Part shown: positions 36,400 to 47,379 of the stretch, in pieces
How positions within the stretch are numbered: the stretch's first letter is position 1
How the letters are laid out: each line of letters begins with the position of its first letter
Origin: Aquincola sp.
GTDB taxonomy: Bacteria; Pseudomonadota; Gammaproteobacteria; Burkholderiales; Burkholderiaceae_C
DNA: 64,000 nucleotides
Direction of reading: 5' to 3'
Assembly: GCA_022841885.1 (NCBI GenBank)
Contig: JALHQP010000005.1
Location: 41,178-105,177 of the forward strand
Program-made: the position numbers and the translations under genes
Notes under the pieces: model-generated
Seen by the model: only the letters and a program-made list of their open reading frames with translations
Told to the model about the DNA's origin: nothing
The model's database searches: none

Positions 36400-36660
36400 G
36401 GGTCGGCGGCGCGGGCATGCGTTCTCCGGCCTGCCTCGCGGGCGACCGTTTCCTCGTGCCGCCGACCCCAAGCACCGCACAGGCGTTCCTGCCGGCATGC
36501 CACCCAGGCGGCTTGCAGCGCGGTGGGGGTGCCCGCGGGCGCAGGCCAGCATTCGCGGTCGCCAAGGCGTCGGCACGATAGTGTCGGTGTTGAAGAGGTG
36601 GTGCGCGCCGGCCTCGGTGGTCGCCCGCGAGGCAGGCCGGAGAACGCGGGTACCCCCGCC
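36400..36660. repeat. Long nested-palindrome intergenic element, family 1, copy 2 (shorter, inverted relative to copy 1)
   Basis: Arm GGGTCGGCGGCGCGGGCATGCGTTCTCCGGCCTGCCTCGCGGGCGACCGTTTCCTCGTGC at 36400-36459 is nearly identical to the reverse complement of 25171-25230. The opposite arm CGCCCGCGAGGCAGGCCGGAGAACGC is at 36622-36647. Only one inner arm is present, at 36535-36563. Confidence 0.75.
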
Positions 36661-36695
36661 GCGCTGCCGCAGCAGCCATCGAAGGCGCGAACACC

Positions 36696-37346
36696 ATGAC
36701 CCGTACGGTGGCCGTCGTCGACTACGGCATGGGCAACCTGCGCTCGGTGTCGCAGGCGGTGGCCCATGCGGCGCTGGGCGTCGACGACCTGAAGGTGGTC
36801 GTCACCTCCCATCCCGAGGAGGTGCTGCTCGCCGAGCGCGTCGTGCTGCCGGGGCAGGGGGCGATGCGCGACTGCATGCGAGAACTCGCCGACTCCGGAC
36901 TCAAGCAGGCGGTGCTCGAGGCGCTGCGCACCAAGCCGGTGATGGGTGTGTGCGTGGGCATGCAGATGCTGCTCGAGCACAGCGAGGAGCAGGACACGCC
37001 GGGCCTGGGCGTGATTCCCGGCCACGTGCGGCGCTTCCGCCTCGAGGGGCAGCTGCAACCCGACGGCAGCCGCTACAAGGTGCCGCAGATGGGCTGGAAT
37101 CGCGTGCAGCAGGCGCAACCGCATCCGGTGTGGCGCGGCGTGGCCGACGGGGCCTGGTTCTACTTCGTGCACAGCTACTACGCCGAGCCGTCGGAGTCGC
37201 GCCACAGCGTCGGCGAGACCGAGTACGGCGGGCGCTTCACATCGGCGGTGGCGCGCGATAACATTTTTGCCACCCAGTTCCATCCCGAGAAGAGCGCTGC
37301 CGACGGCCTGATGCTGTACCGCAACTTCCTGCACTGGAAGCCTTGA
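36696..37346 (+). CDS. hisH: Imidazole glycerol phosphate synthase, glutamine amidotransferase subunit
   Basis: 216 aa. [11 protein letters not shown], catalytic Cys in [15 protein letters not shown]. Confidence 0.95.
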   Translation: MTRTVAVVDYGMGNLRSVSQAVAHAALGVDDLKVVVTSHPEEVLLAERVVLPGQGAMRDCMRELADSGLKQAVLEALRTKPVMGVCVGMQMLLEHSEEQDTPGLGVIPGHVRRFRLEGQLQPDGSRYKVPQMGWNRVQQAQPHPVWRGVADGAWFYFVHSYYAEPSESRHSVGETEYGGRFTSAVARDNIFATQFHPEKSAADGLMLYRNFLHWKP

Positions 37347-37365
37347 CGCCCTTTCTCATCCCACC

Positions 37366-38121
37366 ATGCTGCTGATCCCCGCGATCGATCTCAAGGACGG
37401 CCACTGCGTGCGCCTCGAACAGGGCGACATGAAGGCCTCGACCACCTTCTCCGACAACCCGGCAGCGATGGCGCGGCGCTGGCTCGCCGCTGGCGCGCGC
37501 CGCCTGCACCTGGTGGACCTGAACGGCGCGTTCGCGGGCAAGCCGGTCAACGAGGGCGCGGTCAAGGCCATCCTGCGCGAGCTGGACGGAGCGATCCCGG
37601 TGCAGCTGGGGGGCGGTATCCGCGACCTCGACACCATCGAGCGCTACCTCGACGACGGCATCAGCTACGTCGTCATCGGCACCGCGGCGGTCAAGAACCC
37701 GGGCTTCATGAAGGATGCGTGCAGTGCGTTCGGCGGCCACATCATCGTCGGCCTCGATGCCAAGGACGGCAAGGTGGCCACCGACGGCTGGAGCAAGCTC
37801 ACCGGCCACGAGGTGGTCGACCTGGCCAAGAAATTCGAGGGCTACGGCGTCGAGTCGGTGATCTACACCGACATCGGCCGCGACGGCATGCTGACCGGCA
37901 TCAACGTCGAGGCCACGGTCAAGCTGGCGCAGGCGCTGTCTATTCCCGTCATCGCCTCGGGCGGGCTGGCGGGGCTGTCCGACATCGAGAAGCTGTGCGC
38001 GGTCGAGAGCGATGGCGTCGAGGGCGTGATCTGCGGCCGTGCGATCTACAACGGCGCGCTGGACTTCACGAAGGCGCAGGCGCGGGCCGACGAGCTGAAC
38101 GGCGAGTCCTCGGGCCTCTGA
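37366..38121 (+). CDS. hisA: ProFAR isomerase
   Basis: 251 aa starting [17 protein letters not shown]. Contains VQLGGGIRD and IASGGL. Confidence 0.95.
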   Translation: MLLIPAIDLKDGHCVRLEQGDMKASTTFSDNPAAMARRWLAAGARRLHLVDLNGAFAGKPVNEGAVKAILRELDGAIPVQLGGGIRDLDTIERYLDDGISYVVIGTAAVKNPGFMKDACSAFGGHIIVGLDAKDGKVATDGWSKLTGHEVVDLAKKFEGYGVESVIYTDIGRDGMLTGINVEATVKLAQALSIPVIASGGLAGLSDIEKLCAVESDGVEGVICGRAIYNGALDFTKAQARADELNGESSGL

Positions 38122-38879
38122 TGCTCGCCAAACGCATCATCCCCTGCCTGGATGTCACCGGCGGTCGTGTCGTCAAGGGCGTCAACTTCGTCGAACTGCG
38201 CGACGCCGGCGACCCGGTGCAGATCGCGGCGCGCTATAACGAGCAGGGTGCCGACGAGCTGACCTTCCTCGACATCACCGCCACCAGCGATGGGCGCGAC
38301 CTGATCCTGCCGATCATCGAGGCAGTGGCTTCGCAGGTCTTCATCCCGCTGACGGTGGGGGGCGGCGTGCGCACAGTGGCCGACGTGCGGCGCCTGCTCA
38401 ACGCCGGCGCTGACAAGGTGAGCTTCAACTCGGCAGCGGTGGCCGACCCGGAGGTCATCCGTGCGGCCAGCGACAAGTACGGCGCACAGTGCATCGTGGT
38501 GGCGATCGATGCCAAGCGCCAGACCGGTGGCGGCTGGCATGTCTACACGCACGGCGGGCGCAAGGACACGGGTCTGGACGCCGTCGAATGGGCCCGCCGC
38601 ATGGCGGCCCAGGGTGCGGGAGAGATTCTGCTGACCAGCATGGACCGCGACGGCACCAGGATCGGCTTCGACCTCGACCTGACGCGCGCGGTGGCCGACG
38701 CGGTGGACGTGCCGGTGATTGCCTCGGGCGGTGTCGGCTCGCTCGAGCATCTGGCCGATGGCATCACCATCGGCGGCGCCGACGCGGTGCTCGCCGCGAG
38801 CATCTTCCACTACGGCCAGCACACGGTCGGCGAGGCCAAGTCCCTGATGGCGTCGCGCGGCATTCCGGTCCGCACGTGA
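38121..38879 (+). CDS. hisF: Imidazole glycerol phosphate synthase, cyclase subunit
   Basis: ATG at 38121 shares one base with the hisA TGA. Starts [23 protein letters not shown]. Contains TVGGGVR and IASGG. Confidence 0.95.
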   Translation: MLAKRIIPCLDVTGGRVVKGVNFVELRDAGDPVQIAARYNEQGADELTFLDITATSDGRDLILPIIEAVASQVFIPLTVGGGVRTVADVRRLLNAGADKVSFNSAAVADPEVIRAASDKYGAQCIVVAIDAKRQTGGGWHVYTHGGRKDTGLDAVEWARRMAAQGAGEILLTSMDRDGTRIGFDLDLTRAVADAVDVPVIASGGVGSLEHLADGITIGGADAVLAASIFHYGQHTVGEAKSLMASRGIPVRT

Positions 38880-39418
38880 AACACGAAGTCCGCATCGTCG
38901 GCGGACAGTGGAAGCGAACCAAGCTGCCGGTGGCCGACCGGCCGGGCCTGCGCCCGACTCCCGATCGGGTCCGCGAGACCCTGTTCAACTGGCTGGGCCA
39001 GGATCTGGCGGGCTGGCGCGTGCTCGACGCCTTTGCCGGCAGCGGCGCACTCGGCTTCGAGGCCGCCTCGCGCGGCGCCGGCGAGGTGGTACTGCTGGAA
39101 CGTGACGCCCTGCTGGCGCGCTCGCTGGCGGCGTCGAAGGCCCGGCTGCACGCCGACGCGCTGCAGGTGCATGCCACCGACGCGCTGGCCTGGATGGCCG
39201 GCGCGGCGCAGGGCCGCTTCGACCTCGTGCTGCTCGACCCGCCCTTTGACGCCGGCCTGCATGGGCCGGCCACCGACGCCGCCATGCGGCTGCTCAAGCC
39301 CGGCGGCTGGCTGTACGTCGAATCGGACCGCGAACTGGCGCCGGGGCCTGGGCTCGAAGCCCATCGTCACCTCAAGGCCGGCCTCGTGCATGCCCACCTG
39401 TGGCGGCGCGCCGCCTAA
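38876..39418 (+). CDS. rsmD: 16S rRNA (guanine966-N2)-methyltransferase
   Basis: GTG at 38876 overlaps the hisF stop (GTGA). [36 protein letters not shown] aligns with remembered E. coli RsmD. DPPF motif. Confidence 0.8.
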   Translation: MKHEVRIVGGQWKRTKLPVADRPGLRPTPDRVRETLFNWLGQDLAGWRVLDAFAGSGALGFEAASRGAGEVVLLERDALLARSLAASKARLHADALQVHATDALAWMAGAAQGRFDLVLLDPPFDAGLHGPATDAAMRLLKPGGWLYVESDRELAPGPGLEAHRHLKAGLVHAHLWRRAA

Positions 39419-39428
39419 ACTCGGGCCT

Positions 39429-40573
<1,145 letters not shown>

Positions 40574-40577
<4 letters not shown>

Positions 40578-41215
40578 TCTTCGGCCTCCTCCTCGGCGGG
40601 CGGGCGCGGCGGCTTGGGCCGCGGCGGCTTGCTGGCGTGCACCTTCATCATCGCGCGTTCCATGTCGCCGGCCAGCAGCAGGTCCAGCGACTCGAGCGAA
40701 CGGTCGATGGCCTCGTCGATGGCCTTGCGGTGCTCGGCCAGCGGCTTGCGCAGCACGTAGTTCACCACCTCGGCTTTCACGCCCGGGTGACCGATGCCCA
40801 GGCGCAGGCGCCAGAACTCGGGCGTGCCCAGTTGCGCATGGATGTCTTTCAGCCCGTTGTGGCCGGCGGCGCTGCCGCCGAGCTTGAGCTTCATCTGGCC
40901 GGGCTGCAGATCAAGTTCGTCGTGCGCCACCAGTATCTCGCCCGGCGCAATCTTGAAGAAGCGCGCCAGCGCGGCGACCGACTTGCCCGACAGATTCATG
41001 AAAGTCATCGGCTCGAGCAGCCAGAGCGGGTCGCCTCCGGCAGAGGACGGCCGGTTCACCCGGGCCACGAGGCCGTGGTACGAACGCTCGGGGGTCAGCG
41101 ATGCGCGCAGCTTGGATGCCACCGCGTCGATCCACCAGAAGCCGGCGTTGTGGCGGGTACCTTCGTATTCGGGGCCTGGGTTGCCCAGGCCGACCAGGAG
41201 TCGGATCGTCGTCAT
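40574..41215 (-). CDS. pth: Peptidyl-tRNA hydrolase
   Basis: [22 protein letters not shown] and GHNGLKDI. 213 aa including a C-terminal acidic/Pro extension. Confidence 0.95.
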
Positions 41216-41241
41216 CGCGGCGCATCATAGGTTCGGGCCCT

Positions 41242-41270
41242 GAAACGAAAAGGCCCCTCAATGGGGGCCT
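41242..41270 (-). terminator. Rho-independent terminator after rplY
   Basis: On the minus strand: AGGCCCC-ATTGA-GGGGCCT stem-loop (41251-41270), followed by TTTTCGTTTC (41242-41250). Lies 24 nt after the rplY stop. Confidence 0.65.
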
Positions 41271-41293
41271 GGAGCGCGGCAAGCCTCGAGGGC

Positions 41294-41944
41294 TCACTTC
41301 TTGTTCTGCTTCTCGTCCTTCTTCTTCTTGGCTGGGGCGGCGGCTGCCGCCACTACCGGAGCGGCGGGCGCGGCTTCTTCGACTTCTTCCTTCGGCACCG
41401 TGACGGCCACGATGACCGGATCGATCTTGCCGTGGCGTACCCACTTGATGCCCTCGGGCAGCTTCAGGTCGCTGGCCTTCAGGCTCTGGTTCTTGACCAG
41501 GTTCGACAGGTCGATCGGCAGGAACTCGGGCAGCTGCGAGGCCAGGCACTCGACCTCGAGGTCGGTCGTCACATGGCTGATCAGGCACTTGTCGGTCTTG
41601 ACCGCGGGCGAGTTCTCCTCGCCGGCGAAGTGCAGCGGGATCTTCTTGTGGACGCGGGTCGTGTCGTCGACGCGCTGGAAGTCGATGTGCAGCACGTTCT
41701 GTTTCCAGGGGTGCATCTGGAAGTCGCGCAGCAGCACCTTCTGCACCTTGCCGCCCAGTTCCATTTCGAGCAGCGACGAGTGGAAGGCTTCCTTCTTGAG
41801 CGCGAAGTACAGCGCGTTGTGATCGAGTTCGATCATCTGCGCCTGGCCTGCGCCGTACACGATACCGGGCACCTTGTCGGTCTTGCGCAGGCGGCGGCTC
41901 GCTCCGGTCCCCTGCTGGGTGCGTTCGTAGGCTACGAACTTCAT
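41294..41944 (-). CDS. rplY: 50S ribosomal protein L25 / general stress protein Ctc
   Basis: Start at [31 protein letters not shown], the typical L25 N-terminus. The ORF-track start adds 18 aa. Ala/Lys-rich C-terminus. Confidence 0.9.
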   Translation of the reverse strand: MKFVAYERTQQGTGASRRLRKTDKVPGIVYGAGQAQMIELDHNALYFALKKEAFHSSLLEMELGGKVQKVLLRDFQMHPWKQNVLHIDFQRVDDTTRVHKKIPLHFAGEENSPAVKTDKCLISHVTTDLEVECLASQLPEFLPIDLSNLVKNQSLKASDLKLPEGIKWVRHGKIDPVIVAVTVPKEEVEEAAPAAPVVAAAAAPAKKKKDEKQNKK

Positions 41945-42055
41945 GGTGGTCACTCCAAGTGGTAGTGGTGGGGCCCGCGACCAGGCTCCCAGTTTCAATG
42001 CAGGCCGTCAGGCCTGCGGCTAAGGACCGGGTGCCGAAGGCAGCCCGGTTTCGTT

Positions 42056-43018
42056 CTAGAAGTTGTTGTTCTGTTCGGCGAAGAGCGAGGTGACCGACTC
42101 GCCGTCGGTGATGCGGCGGATGGTCTCGGCGAACAGGAAGGCCACCGACAGCTGGCGGATCTTCTTGCAGGCCTTGGCGGCGTCGGACAGCGGAATCGTG
42201 TTGGTGATCACCACCTCGTCGAGCGCCGACTTGGCGATGCGCTCGATGGCCGGGCCGGAGAACACGGCGTGTGTGCAGTAGGCGTACACGCTCCTGGCGC
42301 CCCGCTCCTTCAGCACCTCGGCCGCCTTCACCAGCGTGCCGGCGGTGTCGATCATGTCGTCCATGATCACGCAGTTGCGGCCTTCGATCTCGCCGATCAC
42401 GTGCATGACCTCGGACACGTTGGCGCTCGGGCGGCGCTTGTCGATGATCGCCAGGTCGCAGCCGAGCTGCTTGGCCAGCGCGCGCGCGCGCACCACGCCG
42501 CCGACGTCCGGCGACACGACCACCAGGTCGCGGTAGTTCTTGCTCTTCAGGTCGGCCAGCAGCACCGGGCTGGCGTAGATGTTGTCGACCGGGATGTCGA
42601 AGAAGCCCTGGATCTGGTCGGCGTGCAGGTCCATCGTCAGCACGCGCTCGACGCCCACGGTCTCGAGCAGGTTGGCCACCACCTTGGCGCTGATCGGCAC
42701 GCGCGTGCTGCGCGGGCGGCGATCCTGGCGCGCGTAGCCGAAGTAGGGCATCACGGCGGTGATGCGGCGCGCGCTGGCGCGCTTCAACGCATCGACCATG
42801 ATCAGCAGCTCCATCAGGTTCTCGTTGGTCGGCGCGCAGGTGGACTGCACGACGAACACATCCCGGGCGCGCACGTTCTGCTGGATCTCGACCGTCACCT
42901 CGCCGTCGGAGAAGCGGCCGACGCTGGCCTTGCCGAGGTCGACGCCGAGGCTGGTGGCCATCTCCTGCGCCAGCGCGCGGTTGGCATTGCCGGTGAAGAG
43001 CACGGTGTTGAACAGCAC
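42056..43018 (-). CDS. prs: Ribose-phosphate pyrophosphokinase
   Basis: GTG start. [28 protein letters not shown] and [11 protein letters not shown]. Confidence 0.95.
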   Translation of the reverse strand: MLFNTVLFTGNANRALAQEMATSLGVDLGKASVGRFSDGEVTVEIQQNVRARDVFVVQSTCAPTNENLMELLIMVDALKRASARRITAVMPYFGYARQDRRPRSTRVPISAKVVANLLETVGVERVLTMDLHADQIQGFFDIPVDNIYASPVLLADLKSKNYRDLVVVSPDVGGVVRARALAKQLGCDLAIIDKRRPSANVSEVMHVIGEIEGRNCVIMDDMIDTAGTLVKAAEVLKERGARSVYAYCTHAVFSGPAIERIAKSALDEVVITNTIPLSDAAKACKKIRQLSVAFLFAETIRRITDGESVTSLFAEQNNNF

Positions 43019-43067
43019 GGCGGGAGGGCTTGGGCGGAAGGGGTGGGCGGGTCAGCAGAAGAAGATT

Positions 43068-43144
43068 TGGCAGGGGAGGAAGGACTCGAACCCTCGCATG
43101 TCGGAATCAAAATCCGATGCCTTGACCAACTTGGCGACTCCCCT
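43068..43144 (-). tRNA. tRNA-Gln (anticodon TTG)
   Basis: Minus-strand read AGGGGAGTCGCCAAGTTGGTCAAGGCATCGGATTTTGATTCCGACATGCGAGGGTTCGAGTCCTTCCTCCCCTGCCA. 7-bp acceptor stem AGGGGAG/CTCCCCT, anticodon loop TT-TTG-AT, T-arm GGTTCGAGTCC, encoded CCA. Coordinates anchored on neighbouring ORF-track stops. Confidence 0.9.
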
Positions 43145-43185
43145 ACACAGGACCCGGCTCGCGCCGCGCCCTCGAAACTCGCTGC

Positions 43186-44079
43186 TCAGTCTGCCCAGTC
43201 CACCAAGGGATGCCGGTCCAGACTGCGGCACATCCGACCCACCCAGCCCGGCGGAAGAGGGTCTTCCGCCGGCCATGTCGCCCAATTCACGTCAGGCTGG
43301 TCGTCCATGCCGTTCCTCGCAAACACCGCGCTGCCCGATCCGGTCATCCGGCTGTTGCCGAAGTGCCGCTGCAACCATTCGGCGGCCTGGGCCACCTCGG
43401 GGCAGCGGTCTTCGGCGGCGAGCTGGAGATCGTTTCGACCCCAGACGGCGCCCCAGAACCCGGGTTTTGCAGCGTCTGCAAGAAAGCCCGAAAGTATAAC
43501 CGCAGGTGTGTCCCTTGCCAGGCGCGGGTGCGTGAAGATCTCGGCCGTGGCCAGCCCGGCGGCCGGCTTGACCACGGCGAACCACTGCCGCGGCACCTCG
43601 ATCGGCGTCAACCGTTCGCCGATGCCCTCGACGAAGGCGTTGCGGCCGCCGACGAAGAAGGGCACGTCCGCTCCCAGCCGGGCCGCCAGCGGCAGCAGGC
43701 GCTCGCGCGGCCAGTGCAGGCCCCAGAGCCGGTTCAGCGCCAGCAGCGTGGTGGCGGCGTCCGAGCTGCCGCCGCCCAGGCCCGCGGCCCAGGGCACCTG
43801 CTTGTCGACGCTGATGTCGGCGCCGAGCGAGGTGCCCGACTCGGCCTGCAGCAGCCGGGCGGCCTTCAGGCTCAGGTCCTCGGCCGGCAGGGCCGGCCCG
43901 AGGTCGCGCCGCTGCAGGCGGCCGTCGGCTCGGCGCTCGACGTGCAGCCGGTCGGCCCAATCGATCAGCACGAACACCGACTGCAGCAGGTGGAAGCCGT
44001 CGGCGCGGCGGCCGACCACATGCAGGAACAGGTTCAGCTTGGCCGGGGCGGGCAGGTCGTACAGACCCGCGGTGCTCAC
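43186..44079 (-). CDS. ispE: 4-diphosphocytidyl-2-C-methyl-D-erythritol kinase
   Basis: GTG start overlapping the lolB stop (GTGA). APAKLNLFLHVVGRRADGFH. GHMP kinase motif PWAAGLGGGSSDAA. Confidence 0.9.
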   Translation of the reverse strand: MSTAGLYDLPAPAKLNLFLHVVGRRADGFHLLQSVFVLIDWADRLHVERRADGRLQRRDLGPALPAEDLSLKAARLLQAESGTSLGADISVDKQVPWAAGLGGGSSDAATTLLALNRLWGLHWPRERLLPLAARLGADVPFFVGGRNAFVEGIGERLTPIEVPRQWFAVVKPAAGLATAEIFTHPRLARDTPAVILSGFLADAAKPGFWGAVWGRNDLQLAAEDRCPEVAQAAEWLQRHFGNSRMTGSGSAVFARNGMDDQPDVNWATWPAEDPLPPGWVGRMCRSLDRHPLVDWAD

Positions 44080-44603
44080 GACGGCCGCTCCAGCCGAGCG
44101 CGCAGGCTGACGGCCGGGGCACGCTCGCGTCGGGCCTCGAGCACGCCCTCGGCAAAGCGCGCCAGCCCCACCCGCCAGTCCAGTTGCTCGAAGCCCTCTG
44201 CCTGGGGTCGGCTGGGTGCGCCCGGCCAGGGCCGGCCGCGCAGCCAGTCGATCAGGGCGGCCATCGGCAGGGCTTCGCCGAACAGGTCGTGGGTCATCGC
44301 GTCGAGTGTGGCGTAGCGGCGCACGCCCTGGGCGTCGGCCAACTCGGCGCTGCCGGGCTCCCAGCGCACGTCGGCCAACATGCCGCCGAGCGGGCCTGTC
44401 AGGCGCAACTGGCCTCGCTGGGCGTCGCCTCGCAGGTCGAATTCAGCGCTGAAGCTGCGTGCGGGCTGGCCGGCTGCCGCGTCGACCTGCAGCGCCAAGC
44501 GCCCGGCCAGGTCGGCGGCGGGCCGGGCGGTCAGGCCGGCGCAGCCGGCAAGGCACAGCAACGCGGCCAGCCCCAGGCTGCGTCGCGCGAAGCCCGGCGT
44601 CAC
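44076..44603 (-). CDS. lolB: Outer-membrane lipoprotein LolB
   Basis: GTG at 44603 overlaps the stop of the upstream TPR gene (GTGA). Canonical lipobox LLCLAGCAG. Position between the TPR gene and ispE is typical of betaproteobacteria. Confidence 0.75.
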   Translation of the reverse strand: MTPGFARRSLGLAALLCLAGCAGLTARPAADLAGRLALQVDAAAGQPARSFSAEFDLRGDAQRGQLRLTGPLGGMLADVRWEPGSAELADAQGVRRYATLDAMTHDLFGEALPMAALIDWLRGRPWPGAPSRPQAEGFEQLDWRVGLARFAEGVLEARRERAPAVSLRARLERPS

Positions 44604-46369
44604 AAGCGGACCTGCAGCCGGGCCAGGGTCTCGCGCATCACCTCGTTGTCGGCATCGCGTTCGCGGCCTTCGCGCCAGATCCGCCGTGCCTCGTCGCGCT
44701 GGCCGCTGACCCACAGCACCTCACCCAGGTGGGCGGCGATCTCGGTGTCCGGCCGCGAGGCGTAGGCGCGCTTCAGGTGCAGCAGCGCCTGCGCCAGGTT
44801 GCCGAGCCGGTACTCGACCCAGCCCAGGCTGTCGGTGATGAAGGGATCGTTCGGCGACAGCTCGAGCGCCTTGGTGATCAGGTCGCGCGCCTCGGGCAGG
44901 CGCTGATTGCGCTCGGCCAGCGAGTAGCCGAGTGCGTTGTACGCGTGGTGATGGTCGGGCTTGAGTTCGATCACGCGCCGCAGGACGCGCTCCATCTCGT
45001 CCATGCGCGACAGCTTCTCGGCCATCATCGCCTGCTCGTAGAGCAGGTCGGTGTCGCCCGGAAAGCGCTCGTTGGCGGTGGCCAGCACCGCGTGGGCATC
45101 GGGCCAGCGTTTCACTTCGCGCAGCACCTGGCTCTCGGCGAGCAGCTTGGCGCGCGCGTCCTCGGGCTTGCGCTCGGGCACCTGGCGCACCATCGCACGC
45201 GCCTCGCCCAGCTTGCCCTGCTTGGCCAGCAGGGTGGCGCGGCGCGTCTGCACCTCCAGCGCGCGCTGCGGATCGTCCACCTTGTCCAGCCAGCGCGCCG
45301 AGGCCTTGGTGTCGCCACGCAGGTCGGCCGCCTGGGCGAGCATCAGCCAAGCCTGGGTGCGTCCGCCATCGCCGGCAGCTGCAGCGTCGTCCTCGTCGTC
45401 GTCGGCGGCCGTCGCCCGCGAGGTGGCGGGATCGTCCAGCACTTGCAGGAAGCGCTGCAGCGAGGCTTCGGCGTCGCGCGGTTGACGCAGCTCGAGTTGC
45501 AGCGCGCCGAGGCTGAGCCACGGGCCTGGGAGCGCCGGCTGCTCCTTGGTGACGCTGCGCAGTTGCCTCTCGGCCTCGACGAAGCGCTGCGCCGCGCTCA
45601 GCATGCGCACGTAGGCCACGCGCACCGCGACCTCGGTCTTGGCTTGCGCCAGGTAGTCGGCGACCAGCTTCTCGGCCGCGGGCATCTGGGCCACGAGGTC
45701 GAGCGCGAGCAGCGCCGGTCCGGTGGCCGCTGGATCGTCGGCGCGCGCGCGCTCGGCCATCTGAAGTGCCCGCGCGGCGTCGCCTGCCTGCCACCAGGCC
45801 CGGCCGCTGGCCACGCGGGCGGCGGTGCGGGTCGGTTCGGCGTCGATGTACGTCTTCAGCCCCTCGTCGAGCTGCTGCGCCATCGCACGCTTGTCGGCGG
45901 CGCGTTGCCATAGGCGCGGCAGGGCGGCGATGACGCCGGAGCGATCGGCGGGCGCTGTCTTGGCCAGCAGCTGCCTGATCGGTTCGGCCATTTCGGTGCC
46001 GCGGTTGAGTACCGCCAGGATCTGCAGTTCGAAACGCAGCGCATCGAGCGATTCGGGCAGCGCGATGCGCCAAGCGCGCGCCGCGGCCAGCGCCGAGTCG
46101 CCCGAGCGCGCCTGAAGCGCCACCTCGACCGAACGCCGGAACAGCGCCTCGTCGCGCGTGCGGCGCGCCACGTCGATGAACTTGGCATAGGCCGCAGCGG
46201 CGTCACCGTTGCGCAGGTCGAGTTCGCCCAGCAACAGCTGATAGAACAGCGGGGCGTCGAGTGCCGAGGCCTCGGGCGCGGCCGCCTGCGCCTGTGCGAT
46301 GCAGCCGTGCGAGGCGACCAGCCCGGCAAGGGCCAGCGAACGGGCCAGCGAATTCAAGCGGCGACTCAT
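44600..46369 (-). CDS. Tetratricopeptide-repeat protein
   Basis: 589 aa. Signal-like N-terminus, multiple TPR-like helices ([48 protein letters not shown]). Upstream of lolB. Confidence 0.75.
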   Translation of the reverse strand: MSRRLNSLARSLALAGLVASHGCIAQAQAAAPEASALDAPLFYQLLLGELDLRNGDAAAAYAKFIDVARRTRDEALFRRSVEVALQARSGDSALAAARAWRIALPESLDALRFELQILAVLNRGTEMAEPIRQLLAKTAPADRSGVIAALPRLWQRAADKRAMAQQLDEGLKTYIDAEPTRTAARVASGRAWWQAGDAARALQMAERARADDPAATGPALLALDLVAQMPAAEKLVADYLAQAKTEVAVRVAYVRMLSAAQRFVEAERQLRSVTKEQPALPGPWLSLGALQLELRQPRDAEASLQRFLQVLDDPATSRATAADDDEDDAAAAGDGGRTQAWLMLAQAADLRGDTKASARWLDKVDDPQRALEVQTRRATLLAKQGKLGEARAMVRQVPERKPEDARAKLLAESQVLREVKRWPDAHAVLATANERFPGDTDLLYEQAMMAEKLSRMDEMERVLRRVIELKPDHHHAYNALGYSLAERNQRLPEARDLITKALELSPNDPFITDSLGWVEYRLGNLAQALLHLKRAYASRPDTEIAAHLGEVLWVSGQRDEARRIWREGRERDADNEVMRETLARLQVRL

Positions 46370-46436
46370 GGGCAGTCCATTCTAGGCAGGCGGTTGGAGC
46401 CGCACGGCGACACAACGTTCATGCAAGTGTCGCTCC

Positions 46437-46442
46437 TATCAT
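46437..46442 (+). promoter_or_regulatory. TATCAT -10-like box 7 nt upstream of the mutM ATG
   Basis: Read directly. No SD between the box and the ATG at 46450. No convincing -35. Confidence 0.25.
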
Positions 46443-46449
46443 CGCGACC

Positions 46450-47280
46450 ATGCCCGAATTGCCCGAGGTCGAAGTCACGCTGCGCAGCTTTGCCGAGCGC
46501 ATCGACGGTGCCGAGGTGCTGTCGGTGCGCCTGGGCGCGCCGCTGCGCTGGCCGCTCGGCCGCGCGCCGCGCCTGTTGACGGGCTGCCGCGTTGGCCGCG
46601 CGAGCCGGCGCGGCAAGTACCTTTGGTTGCCACTGACACAGGCCAGCCGCCCGGCCGGAGGGCTGCTGATGCACCTGGGCATGTCGGGCTCGCTGGCCTT
46701 CAACCACCAGGCCGGGGCGGCCGGCAAGCACGACCACTTCGACCTCGTTACCTCGCGCGGCGTGCTGCGCCTGACCGACCCGCGGCGCTTCGGCGCCGTG
46801 CTCTGGTCGGCCGCGCTCGACGCGGCGCCGGCCGCCACGCTGCTGGCGCGCCTCGGCGCCGAGCCTTTCGACCCCGCGCTGACCGGGGAGCGCTTCCATG
46901 CCGCCCTGAAGCGGCGGCGCTCGCCGATCAAGGCGGTGCTGCTGGCCGGCGACATCGTCGTCGGCGCCGGCAACATCTACGCCTGCGAAGCCCTGTTCGA
47001 TGCCGGCATCGACCCGCGCACGCGCAGCGACCGCCTGAGCCGGCCGCGGGCCGAGCGCCTGCTGGCCAGCGTGCGCGCGACGCTGAGTCAGGCGCTCGCG
47101 CTCGGCGGCTCGACGCTCCGCGACTTTCGCGATGCGCACGGCATGGACGGAAGCTACCAGGCCAGCGCGCGTGTCTACGGTCGGGCCGGCGAGCCCTGCG
47201 GGCGCTGCGGCACGCCGGTGCGACGGGTCGTGCAAGGCCAGCGGTCGACCTTCTTCTGCCCTGGCTGCCAGCGCCGGTGA
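46450..47280 (+). CDS. mutM: Formamidopyrimidine-DNA glycosylase
   Basis: Starts MPELPEVE (catalytic N-terminal Pro after Met removal). C-terminal zinc finger [25 protein letters not shown]. Confidence 0.95.
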   Translation: MPELPEVEVTLRSFAERIDGAEVLSVRLGAPLRWPLGRAPRLLTGCRVGRASRRGKYLWLPLTQASRPAGGLLMHLGMSGSLAFNHQAGAAGKHDHFDLVTSRGVLRLTDPRRFGAVLWSAALDAAPAATLLARLGAEPFDPALTGERFHAALKRRRSPIKAVLLAGDIVVGAGNIYACEALFDAGIDPRTRSDRLSRPRAERLLASVRATLSQALALGGSTLRDFRDAHGMDGSYQASARVYGRAGEPCGRCGTPVRRVVQGQRSTFFCPGCQRR

Positions 47281-47379
47281 TGCGGCGCCACGTCCCCGGC
47301 GCGACAAGCTCCACGACTGCGGCGCCGGCGCTGTCAGCAGATGTTTCCGCGGACGGGCGCACGGGGGCCTTGAGCTAGG

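Noticed and set aside
42026-42058. Hairpin followed by TTCGTTCT on the plus strand, which resembles an intrinsic terminator.
   Set aside because: No plus-strand gene ends here. The region lies between two minus-strand genes, so the T-rich run is on the wrong strand. It is reported only as a minus-strand hairpin.
43068-43144. tRNA genes (43068-43144 and 59170-59246) as integration sites of genomic islands.
   Set aside because: No integrase or excisionase genes and no direct repeat of the tRNA 3' end were seen nearby. Neighbouring genes are housekeeping (prs, ispE, cysK).
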